From: Bacteroidota bacterium
GTDB lineage: Bacteria > Bacteroidota > Bacteroidia > Flavobacteriales > Weeksellaceae
Direction of reading: 5' to 3'
NCBI GenBank assembly: GCA_023411265.1
Contig: JAEYOX010000020.1
Location: 4,162-68,161, forward strand
DNA: 64,000 nt
Under the pieces are notes generated by a model that worked only from the letters and a program-made list of their open reading frames with translations, searched no databases and was not told the origin of the DNA. Position 1 is the stretch's first letter, and each line of letters starts with the position of its first letter. Of this stretch, positions 1 to 9,745 are shown in pieces. The translations under genes were made by a program, and so were the position numbers.

Positions 1-791
1 TGCTGAAGGGAAGCGATTTCGGATGGACCAGCCCGGCTTCGCTCATGATCATTGCGGTGTTCTTGGTATTTTCCTACTTTTTCTACAGAACGGAACAGGG
101 AAATCCTCAGGCTTTTGTTGATTTTAAACTTTTCAGAAATATGACGTATACGGGCGCCACAATTTCCAATTTTCTATTAAACGCTACTTCCGGAATACTG
201 ATTGTTTCCCTTTCGCTGGTACAGCGCGGAGCCGGAATGTCTTCTCTGGATGCCGGATTACTGACACTAGGGTACGCGGTGACTATTGTACTGTTCATCC
301 GGATGGGTGAAAAATTGCTTCAACGTTTTGGTGCACGCCGGCCGATGATCTGGGGATCACTGATTGTGGCAGTGGCCATCAGCCTTCTGCTTTTCACGCA
401 TGTTATGCTCGGATCGTATAAAATTCTCGCTGTTATCGCTTATTCGCTTTTCGGTCTGGGACTCGCTTTCTACGCCACGCCTTCTACTGATGCAGCCCTG
501 TCCAACCTTCCGGAAAATCAATCCGGAGCAGGTGCAGGAATTTACAAAATGGCTTCATCTCTGGGAGCTGCGATAGGCGTTGCTGTTTCCTCCGGTATTT
601 TCACTGCACTGAGCGGTGATGCGGCAGCCACCGAATGGATGAACGGACTGATCACCTTTCAGGGAAGACAGGATAATCTTGACATACGGCATGCAGCCAT
701 GCTCGCTCTCGGTGTTAATCTGCTCATGGTAGTAGCTGCTATTATTTCTATTGTTTTAACTGTACCTAAACACCAAAAATCTACACAATGA
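1..791 (+). CDS. MFS transporter, DHA2/EmrB-like, C-terminal part (5' end outside window)
   Basis: The frame is open from nt 3 (LKGSDFGWTSPASLMIIAVF...) with no upstream stop. It encodes multiple hydrophobic TM segments and a DHA2-style loop FRNMTYTGATISNFLL. The product resembles the second MFS gene at 33007. Confidence 0.8.
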   Translation, partial: LKGSDFGWTSPASLMIIAVFLVFSYFFYRTEQGNPQAFVDFKLFRNMTYTGATISNFLLNATSGILIVSLSLVQRGAGMSSLDAGLLTLGYAVTIVLFIRMGEKLLQRFGARRPMIWGSLIVAVAISLLLFTHVMLGSYKILAVIAYSLFGLGLAFYATPSTDAALSNLPENQSGAGAGIYKMASSLGAAIGVAVSSGIFTALSGDAAATEWMNGLITFQGRQDNLDIRHAAMLALGVNLLMVVAAIISIVLTVPKHQKSTQ

Positions 792-1948
792 ATCCTATAA
801 CTGAAAATTTAAGCACCCGCCAGGAAGAAATAAAATCCTGGATGGACACCATGCACCGCAATCCCGAACTATCCATGAAAGAAGAGAAAACAGCGCAATA
901 TATCGCTGATATTTTAAGAACTTTTGATGGTTTTGAAATTGAAGAAAATATAGGAAAGTACGGTATCGTAGCTTCTTTAAAAGCGGGAAACGGCGACAAG
1001 GCCATCGGACTTCGGGCAGATTTCGATGCACTTCCCATTGAAGAACACAACGATCTCCCTTATAAAAGCAAAGTTTTCGGCGCAGCACATCTTTGTGGAC
1101 ATGACGGACACACCTCTATGCTGCTGGCGGCAGGAAAATATCTTTCTGAAACGAAAAATTTCAACGGAACCGTGCGATTGATCTTTCAACCCGGAGAAGA
1201 AACCATGGAAGGCGGACCTGCTATGATTGAGGACGGTCTTTTCGAACGCTTTCCTGTAGATGCTGTTTTCGGAATGCACAATATGCCAGGCTTGCCGACA
1301 GGAACTTTTCATTTTGCGGAAGGTGAATTTATGGCAGCTGTGGATAACTGGGAGATTATCCTGGAAGGAAAAGGCGGACACGGCTCTATGCCGGAAAAAG
1401 CTGTTGATCCTGTAGTAGCCGGAGCCTCTTTAGTAATGGCACTGCAAACCATTGTTTCAAGAAATGTGAGTCCATGGAACAAAGCAGTGGTTACCATTGG
1501 TGCATTCAATTCAGGAACGGTGGGGAATGTGATTCCGCAGACCGCTTCTCTAAAAGTCTGTATCAGAACTATGACAAATGAAGACCGCGAGCTAGTTCTG
1601 AACAAAGTCCGTAGCATTACCCAAGCGCAAGCGGAAAGTTTCGGTGTAACATCTGAAATAAAAGAAGGAATCCCCGGAGCAGTATTGGTGAACAGCCCAG
1701 AAGAAACACAATTTGCGAAGAATGTTGCGCAGAAATATTTCGGCGAAAATAAAGTAACTTATCCTGCTACTCCTTATATGGGCAGCGAAGATTTTGCATT
1801 TATGCTTCAGCATAAAAAAGGAAACTACTGTATGATCGGCAATGGAGATTCGATGATGGTTCATCATCCGCAATACGTTTTCAATCAGGATATTTTACCG
1901 CTGGGTGCAGCGTATTGGGTGGCGCTGGTAGAAGAGTTTTTGAAGTAA
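788..1948 (+). CDS. M20 family amidohydrolase (N-acyl-L-amino acid amidohydrolase / hippuricase-like)
   Basis: 386-aa ORF with the metal-binding motifs HLCGHDGH and FQPGEETMEGG typical of M20D peptidases. Its start overlaps the upstream stop by 4 nt. Confidence 0.85.
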   Translation: MNPITENLSTRQEEIKSWMDTMHRNPELSMKEEKTAQYIADILRTFDGFEIEENIGKYGIVASLKAGNGDKAIGLRADFDALPIEEHNDLPYKSKVFGAAHLCGHDGHTSMLLAAGKYLSETKNFNGTVRLIFQPGEETMEGGPAMIEDGLFERFPVDAVFGMHNMPGLPTGTFHFAEGEFMAAVDNWEIILEGKGGHGSMPEKAVDPVVAGASLVMALQTIVSRNVSPWNKAVVTIGAFNSGTVGNVIPQTASLKVCIRTMTNEDRELVLNKVRSITQAQAESFGVTSEIKEGIPGAVLVNSPEETQFAKNVAQKYFGENKVTYPATPYMGSEDFAFMLQHKKGNYCMIGNGDSMMVHHPQYVFNQDILPLGAAYWVALVEEFLK

Positions 1949-1959
1949 TTTAACGGGTT

Positions 1960-2000
1960 AAAAAAAATCAGCGGTACCCTAGTTACTACTGATTTTTTTC
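1960..2000. terminator. Bidirectional rho-independent terminator between convergent genes
   Basis: An A-run is followed by the stem ATCAGCGGTA/TACTACTGAT (one mismatch) and then a T-run. Coordinates are approximate. Confidence 0.6.
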
Positions 2001-2013
2001 TGTCGGGCATTCG

Positions 2014-2433
2014 TTAATTCACTTTATGCCAGGTCTGTGTTCTCCCGATCAAAGACAAACCGATATATCCTCTCACATTCAGTTTGTCGCCGTCTTTTTT
2101 GATGGTACATTTGTATTCTTTTCCTCCCTTTGGATTGACAATCGTACCGCCGGTAAACTCATCTCCTTTTTTCACCAGACCACGGATGATTTCGAGGCCG
2201 ATCAGCGGTTTGCCGTTCCGGTCGCCTTTACAGTCGATACAAGTATTGTGGCTGGGTTTGGCGAGCAACTGCACGATTTTACCGTAATATTTACCATCAG
2301 ATTTCTTCGTGATTTCGACTATGGATTTGGCTTTTCCCGTTTCATCATCTATCGTTTTCCATTTCCCCTCAATTTGTGCAAAAGAAAACACGCCTGCAGT
2401 AAGTGCTATAAAAGTAAGTGCGATTTTTTTCAT
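2014..2433 (-). CDS. DUF2147 domain-containing secreted protein
   Basis: 139 aa with a signal peptide (MKKIALTFIALTAGVFSFAQ). The pattern GKWKTIDDETGKAKSIVEI...GKIV...GGTIVNPKGGKEYKC...LNVRGYIG is characteristic of DUF2147. Confidence 0.75.
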   Translation of the reverse strand: MKKIALTFIALTAGVFSFAQIEGKWKTIDDETGKAKSIVEITKKSDGKYYGKIVQLLAKPSHNTCIDCKGDRNGKPLIGLEIIRGLVKKGDEFTGGTIVNPKGGKEYKCTIKKDGDKLNVRGYIGLSLIGRTQTWHKVN

Positions 2434-2545
2434 ATTAATAAGGTATTTATTATAACATTTTTGTTTTGATAAAAATAATTAAAAATTGTTAAGTGACAAA
2501 TTTATTATTATTCACTTCATGGTAATTCTATTAAAAACACCTTTC

Positions 2546-4474
2546 CTAATTTAATTTCCTGTTTATTACCCTGTCCATATAATCCTGATACCAGGCCTTG
2601 CAAAGCTTAATCCCTCTTTCAATTTCAATATTATTCACCTTACCGAGAAGATTTTTTTCCATATTCAGATCAGACTGGTCATAGACTCCAACTACCTCAT
2701 TTCCGTTGAATCGGTAAATATAATTCCCGATGATCATCTGTTCATTAATAGAATCGGAATTGACAATGAGATGCGGATACTGTTTTTCTGAAACTAGGCT
2801 TCTACCCCAGCTTCGGATTTTTTTGTTATAACCGATCAGATCCGCCAGCGTAGGATAAATATCCATTTGCTGCGCCGGTTCATGATTCACGCCTTTCAGT
2901 GCGTATTCAGGGTTCGGGGAATAAAATAAAATAGGAACTGCATAGCGGTTCATCGTTTTTTCATATTCGGGATAGTACACCTGATTGGTATGATCGCCGG
3001 TAATCACAAAAATCGTGTTGTGAAACCATGGTTTATTTTTAACACTTTCAAAGAACTGACGAATGGCCCAATCCGTGTACTGCATAGGTTGGTGCATTTC
3101 AATATTCCCCTTTTTGAATTTTCCCTGATACCTTTCGGGAATTCTGAACGGATGATGAGATGATGCCGTAAACATTGTGCTCATAAAAGGTTGCTTTTTG
3201 CCGATATTCTCTCCGAAATACTGCAGAAAAGGTTCATCCCAGATGGCCCACATTCCGTCGAAATCGGCATCATTATTATACTCGGTTTTTCCGAAATAAT
3301 GCTGAAATCCCAGAATATTTCCGAATCCTTGAAAACCCATGGAACCATTCGGGGCACCGTGATAAAATGAGGTTTCATATCCCAGTTCATTGCATACCGA
3401 AACGATGGACTGAATTTTCTGATTGGAATACGGCGAACTGGTAAAAGCATCCGTAAGCGCAGGAATTCCAGCCAGAATGCTGCTCATTCCGTGAATCGAC
3501 TGTCTGCCATTGGCAAAAGCATTCGGGAAAATAAGGCTTTCCTTCGCAAGACTGTCCACAAAACGGGTGTATGAAACAAAATTTTCAATGTTTCTATCCT
3601 TGTTAAACGCTCCTGAATATTCTCTTCCGAAAGATTCTACAATGAAAATCACAATATTCGGGCGTTCTTTTACTGATCTGTTATACGTTTTGTAAGGATG
3701 AATATTCTCTTCAATGAACGCTTCATCCACAAAATTCACCAACCGGAAATTATTACTGTTAATGGTACGGATAAACGAAAATGCGCTGTTCAGAACCACA
3801 TTACCCTGAGCGGGAATTTTTACATGCTTATTGGCGTCCACCATATTGATCGGACGCGTGCTGTGCCGGAAATCACCTCGGATACCACCGACCGCCAACG
3901 TGGCCACGACGCATAGGGTGACAATGGAAAAAAAGAAATAGGGAATCAATTTCTTTGGTTTTTTTGATTCCACTTTCACTTTTCTGTACAGCCAAATCCA
4001 CAGCGCTATGAGAACAACAAACCAAATCAGCACCAAAGGATGCTGCATCACCGAAACGCCAAAAACCTTAAACAAATTGGATTCGTGTTGAGCCACATGC
4101 ATGGCGGCAATTGTAAGGCGCGTCTGACTGAATTTAAAGTAAATAAAATCCCCAAAGTTTAAAGAATACGCGATTCCGTTGGTGATAAAATAAATCCAGA
4201 ACAGTATTTTCTGGTAATACTTTTTTGTATTGACGATCACTGGAATCAGACTAAGCAGAATAAACAAGCTGTTGACATAGAGAATCGCCGTGGTATCGAA
4301 AGCGATGCCATGCCACGCGAGGTTCAGATAATCTGAAATTCCATCCACTTTAATCAGGTCTTTATTATAAAACCAAAACAAAAACCTGGCAATCTGATAG
4401 AAAAAATAAGCCAGAAACAGGCGATAAAACAAAGCCAACACCTCTCCCGTCCGGTATTCCTTAAAAAAATTCAT
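2546..4474 (-). CDS. LTA synthase / sulfatase-family membrane protein (phosphoglycerol-transferase-like)
   Basis: An N-terminal multi-TM region is followed by a sulfatase-type domain (FIVESFGREYSG, ITGDHTN). I trimmed the start to the ATG at 4474 (MNFFKEY) because a TAaaTTTG -7 box lies at 4480-4487 on the minus strand, inside the longer track ORF. Confidence 0.8.
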   Translation of the reverse strand: MNFFKEYRTGEVLALFYRLFLAYFFYQIARFLFWFYNKDLIKVDGISDYLNLAWHGIAFDTTAILYVNSLFILLSLIPVIVNTKKYYQKILFWIYFITNGIAYSLNFGDFIYFKFSQTRLTIAAMHVAQHESNLFKVFGVSVMQHPLVLIWFVVLIALWIWLYRKVKVESKKPKKLIPYFFFSIVTLCVVATLAVGGIRGDFRHSTRPINMVDANKHVKIPAQGNVVLNSAFSFIRTINSNNFRLVNFVDEAFIEENIHPYKTYNRSVKERPNIVIFIVESFGREYSGAFNKDRNIENFVSYTRFVDSLAKESLIFPNAFANGRQSIHGMSSILAGIPALTDAFTSSPYSNQKIQSIVSVCNELGYETSFYHGAPNGSMGFQGFGNILGFQHYFGKTEYNNDADFDGMWAIWDEPFLQYFGENIGKKQPFMSTMFTASSHHPFRIPERYQGKFKKGNIEMHQPMQYTDWAIRQFFESVKNKPWFHNTIFVITGDHTNQVYYPEYEKTMNRYAVPILFYSPNPEYALKGVNHEPAQQMDIYPTLADLIGYNKKIRSWGRSLVSEKQYPHLIVNSDSINEQMIIGNYIYRFNGNEVVGVYDQSDLNMEKNLLGKVNNIEIERGIKLCKAWYQDYMDRVINRKLN

Positions 4475-4479
4475 AGGTG

Positions 4480-4487
4480 CAAATTTA
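4480..4487 (-). promoter_or_regulatory. Bacteroidetes sigma-A -7 element (TAaaTTTG) for the LTA-synthase-like gene
   Basis: The reverse complement of caaattta gives TAAATTTG, 5 nt upstream of the ATG at 4474. Confidence 0.45.
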
Positions 4488-4553
4488 CATTTAATTAATA
4501 TACGGTTCATTCAGAACCCTGAACCTTCTGAATTCCGAACCAATAAAAAACGC

Positions 4554-4561
4554 TATTTTTG
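4554..4561 (+). promoter_or_regulatory. -7 element TAttTTTG upstream of pssA
   Basis: It matches the TAnnTTTG consensus and ends 4 nt before the ATG at 4566. Confidence 0.45.
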
Positions 4562-4565
4562 CACT

Positions 4566-5279
4566 ATGAGCTTTTTCCGCAACCAGCTGGCCAATATCCT
4601 CACTCTTGGAAACCTGTTTTCCGGAACGATCGGCGTTATTCATTTGATTCAAAATGATCTTCACACAGCATTTCTCTGCATGGTGATCTCTCTGGTTCTA
4701 GACTTTTTTGACGGCTTTATTGCGCGTGCATTAAAATCCAATTCAAGTCTGGGTGCCCAGCTGGATTCCCTGGCCGATATGGTGAGTTTTGGGGCTCTTC
4801 CGGGAGTTGCGATGTTCAACATGATGGAACCTTTTGGTTCAACACTTTTCGGCATCTCTCTTCCTTTTGATATTCAGTATTTAGGGCTGTTTATCACGCT
4901 TTTTTCCTGTTTGAGGCTTGCTATTTTCAATATTGATGACGAACAGAAATATTTTTTCAAAGGTCTCAATACGCCCACCAACACAGTGCTGATTTTGGGA
5001 TTGCTTTATACTTCACAAGAAAGTGCTTTTGTCACTTCTTTGTTGGAAAGTCCGCTTTTTCTACTTGCACTCACGGCGCTCAGTTCCTGGCTGCTCATTA
5101 GTCCGATCCGGATGATTGCAATGAAATTCAAATCGAAAAGAATCCAGGACAACCTACCGAAAATTGTTCTGGCTGCAGGTTCTGTCTTCCTTTTACTCTT
5201 CTTCAGAACTCTTGCGTTGCCTTTATTGGTGCTTTATTACATTTTAGTTTCGGTCATTTTCCAAAAGCATCTGAGATAA
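4566..5279 (+). CDS. pssA: CDP-diacylglycerol--serine O-phosphatidyltransferase (CDP-alcohol phosphatidyltransferase family)
   Basis: It carries the motif DFFDGFIARALKSNSSLGAQLDSLAD, which is D(x)2DG(x)2AR...G(x)3D(x)3D, and is a multi-TM protein of 237 aa. Confidence 0.8.
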   Translation: MSFFRNQLANILTLGNLFSGTIGVIHLIQNDLHTAFLCMVISLVLDFFDGFIARALKSNSSLGAQLDSLADMVSFGALPGVAMFNMMEPFGSTLFGISLPFDIQYLGLFITLFSCLRLAIFNIDDEQKYFFKGLNTPTNTVLILGLLYTSQESAFVTSLLESPLFLLALTALSSWLLISPIRMIAMKFKSKRIQDNLPKIVLAAGSVFLLLFFRTLALPLLVLYYILVSVIFQKHLR

Positions 5280-5318
5280 TCACTCACATTAAAACCGCTA
5301 TTTTCTCTACATAAAATT

Positions 5319-6083
5319 ATGAACTTAAAACTGTATAAACCGCTCTGTGTATTCGATCTGGAAACGACCGGAACCAATGTGGGGAAAGACCGGATTGTGG
5401 AAATCTGCGTTTTAAAAGTATATCCTGATGCTTCGCGAGAAAGCCGCACCTGGCGGATAAATCCGGAGATGTATATTCCGAAAGAGGCCGCTGCCATTCA
5501 CGGTATTACGGACGATGACGTAAAAGATGCACCGAAGTTCCGAGATATTGCGCCGAAAATTATGGAAATGATTTCCGGAACTGATCTCGCAGGTTTTAAT
5601 TCCAACCGTTTTGATGTGCCTTTGCTTGCAGAAGAACTCTTGAGAGCAGGCCACGACTTCGACCTCAGCAAATTCAAACTGGTGGATGCCCAGACGATTT
5701 TTCATAAAAAAGAGCCGAGGAACCTCTCCGCTGCCTACCGTTTTTACTGTCAGAAAGAATTGGAAAATGCCCACTCTGCTGAAGCCGACGTTCAGGCTAC
5801 ATTTGAAGTTTTAGACGCTCAAGTAGCCCATTACGATGATTTGCCAAATGACATTGCCGGACTGAGTGAGTTTTCCTTTCACAATCGTTTTGCGGATCTG
5901 GCAGGATTTATCGCTTTTGATGATGACCAAAAGGAAATCTTCACTTTTGGGAAATACAAAGGACAACGGGTGAAGGATGTCTTTCAGAAAGACTTAGGTT
6001 ATTACGGCTGGATTCAGAACGCTGATTTTCCGCTGTACACCAAAAAGGTTCTGACAGGAATACAACTTCGTTCGAGATTTTAA
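5319..6083 (+). CDS. DnaQ-like 3'-5' exonuclease domain protein
   Basis: It has the ExoI motif VFDLETTG, ExoII NSNRFDVPLL and ExoIII HSAEADV. Confidence 0.8.
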   Translation: MNLKLYKPLCVFDLETTGTNVGKDRIVEICVLKVYPDASRESRTWRINPEMYIPKEAAAIHGITDDDVKDAPKFRDIAPKIMEMISGTDLAGFNSNRFDVPLLAEELLRAGHDFDLSKFKLVDAQTIFHKKEPRNLSAAYRFYCQKELENAHSAEADVQATFEVLDAQVAHYDDLPNDIAGLSEFSFHNRFADLAGFIAFDDDQKEIFTFGKYKGQRVKDVFQKDLGYYGWIQNADFPLYTKKVLTGIQLRSRF

Positions 6084-6102
6084 ACTTCAAAACAGACCGC
6101 AT

Positions 6103-6138
6103 AAAAAAGCCGTTACAGAAATTTCCGTAACGGCTTTT
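6103..6138. terminator. Bidirectional rho-independent terminator
   Basis: The sequence AAAAAAGCCGTTAC...GTAACGGCTTTT forms an 8-bp GC-rich stem flanked by A and T runs, between convergent genes. Confidence 0.75.
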
Positions 6139-6154
6139 CATTATATCATTTCTA

Positions 6155-9100
6155 TCATTTATTTCTAATCATCAGTTTTGTACTGCCGTAGTTTACTGAT
6201 GTTCCTGCGATATTCATGATCAGCACGCCTGTCGGAAGGCTGAGATTTTCAAAAAGCAGCTCATTCCGGCCTTCGTTCAGAAATACTCTGGAACTGTATT
6301 GTATCTTTCCGCTCATATCATAGATGGTCACATTCGCAAAAGTATTGATTTCGCTGTACAGCAACGCATTGAATGTACCGTTAGAAGGATTCGGATATAC
6401 CACATATTCATTCTTCATCATTGTCAGCAGGCTTTCGTAACCTTCGGGTGCTGTTTTGGTGAATTTGACATCCTTAATCACCAGATCCAGCATATTAGTT
6501 TCTGCCTGTGCTGGCAAAAAGGTGAAAGTAAGAGTGGTGAGATCTTCTACGGTCATTTTCGCACTGTTGCCTTCGGATTTAAAATAATCGAAAGGAATAT
6601 AATAGGTTTGTTCGTAATTTTTAATATTCAGTGGTGCTTTATATTGGTTTTTCCACTCTTTCACAGAAGATTTTACCAGACCAATATCCAGCAGCCCGCT
6701 TCCTTTTGCCGTGAAGGCAATGAATTTATAATCGCTGTAATCATCAGGAAGATTTCCGGGATATAAAGATTTGTACAATGTGATATAATCATCCGTTTTG
6801 GTGGTTAGATTTACCGTTCTGTGCACCGCTTTTTCCTCATCTTTATATACTCTGTCAAAATTATTATACACTCTGTAATTCTCAATTTTAGTGTATTGTT
6901 TGTCATAGTCCAATCCCCAGTTTCCGTCGGCATGATAGAAAGCATCTTGAATCTGTCCGTCAACTTTGATGAGTCCGTCAAATTCATAAGCATCTTTAAT
7001 TTCAATGGTCAGCGTTTGTTCCGGCTCGGAGTTCAGCGGTTCGTAGCGCATTCCGTAGCCGTTGGTTTCGGTATGGTTTTCTTCCATTTCAATTTCGATT
7101 GCCTGTCCTCTTTCCACACTTTTCAGTTTCATCACAAGATTGATTCCTTCTCTGGAGATTTTCGCAGCATAGGTTTTGGGAAGTTTTTGAACTTCTGCCT
7201 GAATGACAGGAAGAGAACCGTTGAGATTCGTCAGAATATCCTCCACCAGTTTCACCGTGTAACCCGGATTGCTGGCCCATACCTGAAAGTTATAAACATC
7301 CTTCGACTGGATATATTCCTTCACAAACCAGTTGGTCTGAAGTGAATAATGAGAATCTGTATCATTGAGCCCTACTGCAAAAGATATGGCATATTCTACT
7401 GCACCGTTTCTTTGTCTGATGGCCTGTTCCAGAAAATTATATCCTTTTATTTTCACTTTTTTCACGTAAAGGATTTCCGCACCTCTCAGCCTGTCGCAGG
7501 AAGCCTTGGTATGGTTGTACACTTTATTGGCAGTTCTCACTCCCAAAACCACTGCTTTGGTTTTACCACCAAGAGAAAAATCAACACTCAATACCTCTTC
7601 AGCGACGGTATAATCCAGAATATCGGTGGGCGAGGTAACGTGGGCTACACTTCCGGGAACTAATTGTGAAGGAAACATATTCAACAATGTGAGTCCTGCC
7701 AATGAATGCTGAGAAGCATAATTTCCGCTTTGAGCAACCATTTCATTTTTTTTGAAAATTAAAGCATTTGTTTTTTCAAGTTTTGTTGGAAGACTTTTCT
7801 TTTTTCTCTGTAAATAAACTTTGGTTACGGCATCGCCGAGACTTTCACTTTCCAAACCACCGTCATTTCCGGGGCTTACTTCTTCAACATCTATGATAAC
7901 CGGAATTTCCAATTTTCCTTCACAACCGTTCGCATCAATTGTATTCACCGTTACCATATAAAGTCCTTCATGTGTGAAGGTAAAATTTACCACACTCTGA
8001 TTCGGGAAAAGACCTGTTGCTCCTCCCTGCAAATCCCAGGAAAAACTGCTGAACAAATTCACATTGGTGAGTGTCAGTTGCTTGGTTACCGATCCGTTGC
8101 CCGGTACAGAACCTGTGATATTTACCAAAGGAGTTTCCGGCTGATGAACCGTCACCGTGGTGGTTTTGGCATTATATCCTGCTGCGTTGGTAGCAGTCAG
8201 TGAGACTGTATACGTTCCCGGTGCTGTGTAGGTTTTCACAGGATTCATTACGGTGCTGATGGTACCGTCACCAAAATCCCAATGGTAGGTTATAGGATCC
8301 GTTCCTGTAGTGGTATTGTTAAAAACAAAAGAATGATCTGAAAGACACTGCGCAGAAGCATTCACTGTAAAGTCGGCTACAGGAGCAACAACAGGTGCCA
8401 CGACGCATGATGGCAGCGAAGGGGTGAAATTGGCATAATGCATTTCGCCCGAGTTCTGTTTAAATGATTTTGCAATCAGCTGCCCTTCAATATTGCTGTT
8501 ATGCCCATTTTTATCTACATCCGCAAAAGGTGCAAAAATAGTCCCTTCCAGAGTATCTCCGCTGATCATTTTGATTTCGGTAGCATTATAAAAATTATAA
8601 ATCACATACGGACAATTGTTTTTCCCTCCAAATCCGGGCTGGTTCCACACTTTCCAGTTAAAGGTGCCCGCAGCATCCACATTGATGACGAGAATCCGGT
8701 TGGCACTGGGCTGATTAACAAAAGTAATTTCTGACACGCTGTTCAGTTCACTTCCTTTAATGTTAAGATAATTAATACCGTTTAGCAAAGTTATTTTAAT
8801 CTGATTCGGAAGGTTACCCATCGTCACAGGATTTCCGTTTGGATTGGTAAGTTGTGCATTATGGATACATTGGGAAAGGTCTAACGAAGTCGCTCTCATT
8901 TGCGTAAAAGCAGCGGCAAAATCAATCAGATTTCCCTGATGCACAGGGTTATTCACCGGGCTTACATTTCCGAAAAATGGTGCATTATTCTGCAAAGAAA
9001 TCCGTGGATTGCTGTCATATCCACCGGTAGCTTTGGTGATTCTGATATTGGCATTAGCATTATTATTATCTTTATACCAAACCTTTGCGTCGGTAAGATC

Positions 9101-9412
9101 ACCAATTTTCACATAGCCTTTATTCACTTTCAGATCGCCGTTACCCTGAAAAGTCAACTTTCCGCCTACAACGAGACCAATTGCCTGTCCGCCTACCAGA
9201 AAGTTTCCGGCATTATGTGCGGCAACCTGATAGTTTCCGGTGATGGATAGATTACCTCCTGCAGCTACAGGACCTTCCGATTCATTAGATTTCAATTCAA
9301 GATTGTTTTCTACGAAAACGTTAAAGCCCAAAGCAGGACTGACAGGGTTTTGAGACCGCAGAAAAGATCCGCACAGAAGCAGTACCCAAACCAAAAATAG
9401 TTGTGATTTCAT
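6155..9412 (-). CDS. Large T9SS-secreted surface protein: choice-of-anchor-A-like N-domain, PKD domain(s), long unassigned region, type-A T9SS C-terminal sorting domain
   Basis: 1085 aa with a signal peptide. The N-terminal stretch GFNVFVENNLELKSNESEGPVAAGGNLSITGNY resembles the choice-of-anchor A domain. A PKD motif is present (HWDFGDGTISTVMNPVKTYTAPGTYTVSLTATNAAGY). The C-terminus VYPNPSNGTFN...IYDMSGK...GTSVNYGSTKLMIRNK is a typical T9SS CTD. Confidence 0.8.
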   Translation of the reverse strand: MKSQLFLVWVLLLCGSFLRSQNPVSPALGFNVFVENNLELKSNESEGPVAAGGNLSITGNYQVAAHNAGNFLVGGQAIGLVVGGKLTFQGNGDLKVNKGYVKIGDLTDAKVWYKDNNNANANIRITKATGGYDSNPRISLQNNAPFFGNVSPVNNPVHQGNLIDFAAAFTQMRATSLDLSQCIHNAQLTNPNGNPVTMGNLPNQIKITLLNGINYLNIKGSELNSVSEITFVNQPSANRILVINVDAAGTFNWKVWNQPGFGGKNNCPYVIYNFYNATEIKMISGDTLEGTIFAPFADVDKNGHNSNIEGQLIAKSFKQNSGEMHYANFTPSLPSCVVAPVVAPVADFTVNASAQCLSDHSFVFNNTTTGTDPITYHWDFGDGTISTVMNPVKTYTAPGTYTVSLTATNAAGYNAKTTTVTVHQPETPLVNITGSVPGNGSVTKQLTLTNVNLFSSFSWDLQGGATGLFPNQSVVNFTFTHEGLYMVTVNTIDANGCEGKLEIPVIIDVEEVSPGNDGGLESESLGDAVTKVYLQRKKKSLPTKLEKTNALIFKKNEMVAQSGNYASQHSLAGLTLLNMFPSQLVPGSVAHVTSPTDILDYTVAEEVLSVDFSLGGKTKAVVLGVRTANKVYNHTKASCDRLRGAEILYVKKVKIKGYNFLEQAIRQRNGAVEYAISFAVGLNDTDSHYSLQTNWFVKEYIQSKDVYNFQVWASNPGYTVKLVEDILTNLNGSLPVIQAEVQKLPKTYAAKISREGINLVMKLKSVERGQAIEIEMEENHTETNGYGMRYEPLNSEPEQTLTIEIKDAYEFDGLIKVDGQIQDAFYHADGNWGLDYDKQYTKIENYRVYNNFDRVYKDEEKAVHRTVNLTTKTDDYITLYKSLYPGNLPDDYSDYKFIAFTAKGSGLLDIGLVKSSVKEWKNQYKAPLNIKNYEQTYYIPFDYFKSEGNSAKMTVEDLTTLTFTFLPAQAETNMLDLVIKDVKFTKTAPEGYESLLTMMKNEYVVYPNPSNGTFNALLYSEINTFANVTIYDMSGKIQYSSRVFLNEGRNELLFENLSLPTGVLIMNIAGTSVNYGSTKLMIRNK

Positions 9413-9436
9413 TTGTGTTTTTTATCATTTATGCTG

Positions 9437-9444
9437 CAAAGATA
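9437..9444 (-). promoter_or_regulatory. -7 element (TAtcTTTG on minus strand) for the T9SS protein gene
   Basis: Forward caaagata gives TATCTTTG on the minus strand, about 25 nt upstream of the start at 9412. Confidence 0.4.
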
Positions 9445-9745
9445 ACTCATTTTTAAAGTTCTTTCAGACATGGCGGCGATTTTTACTTCTTATATGCAAA
9501 ATATCATGCAGTTTAGGACGTAAAATGCAGACGCCCCACATTTTCTTGGAGGATTTTTTTGAAGAAATGAATGGGGACCCGCCCAATACCTGTTGGATAC
9601 ACAAACTAGCTTCGCTGACAGTCGTGGCATTTCTGGAATTCATAATAAGTATTTCATGGATTTGTTTATATTTACCATTCTATTATGGACATTTAAACTA
9701 GGACTTACTGCATTTAAAATAAAAATTAATTTAAAATAATTACAT

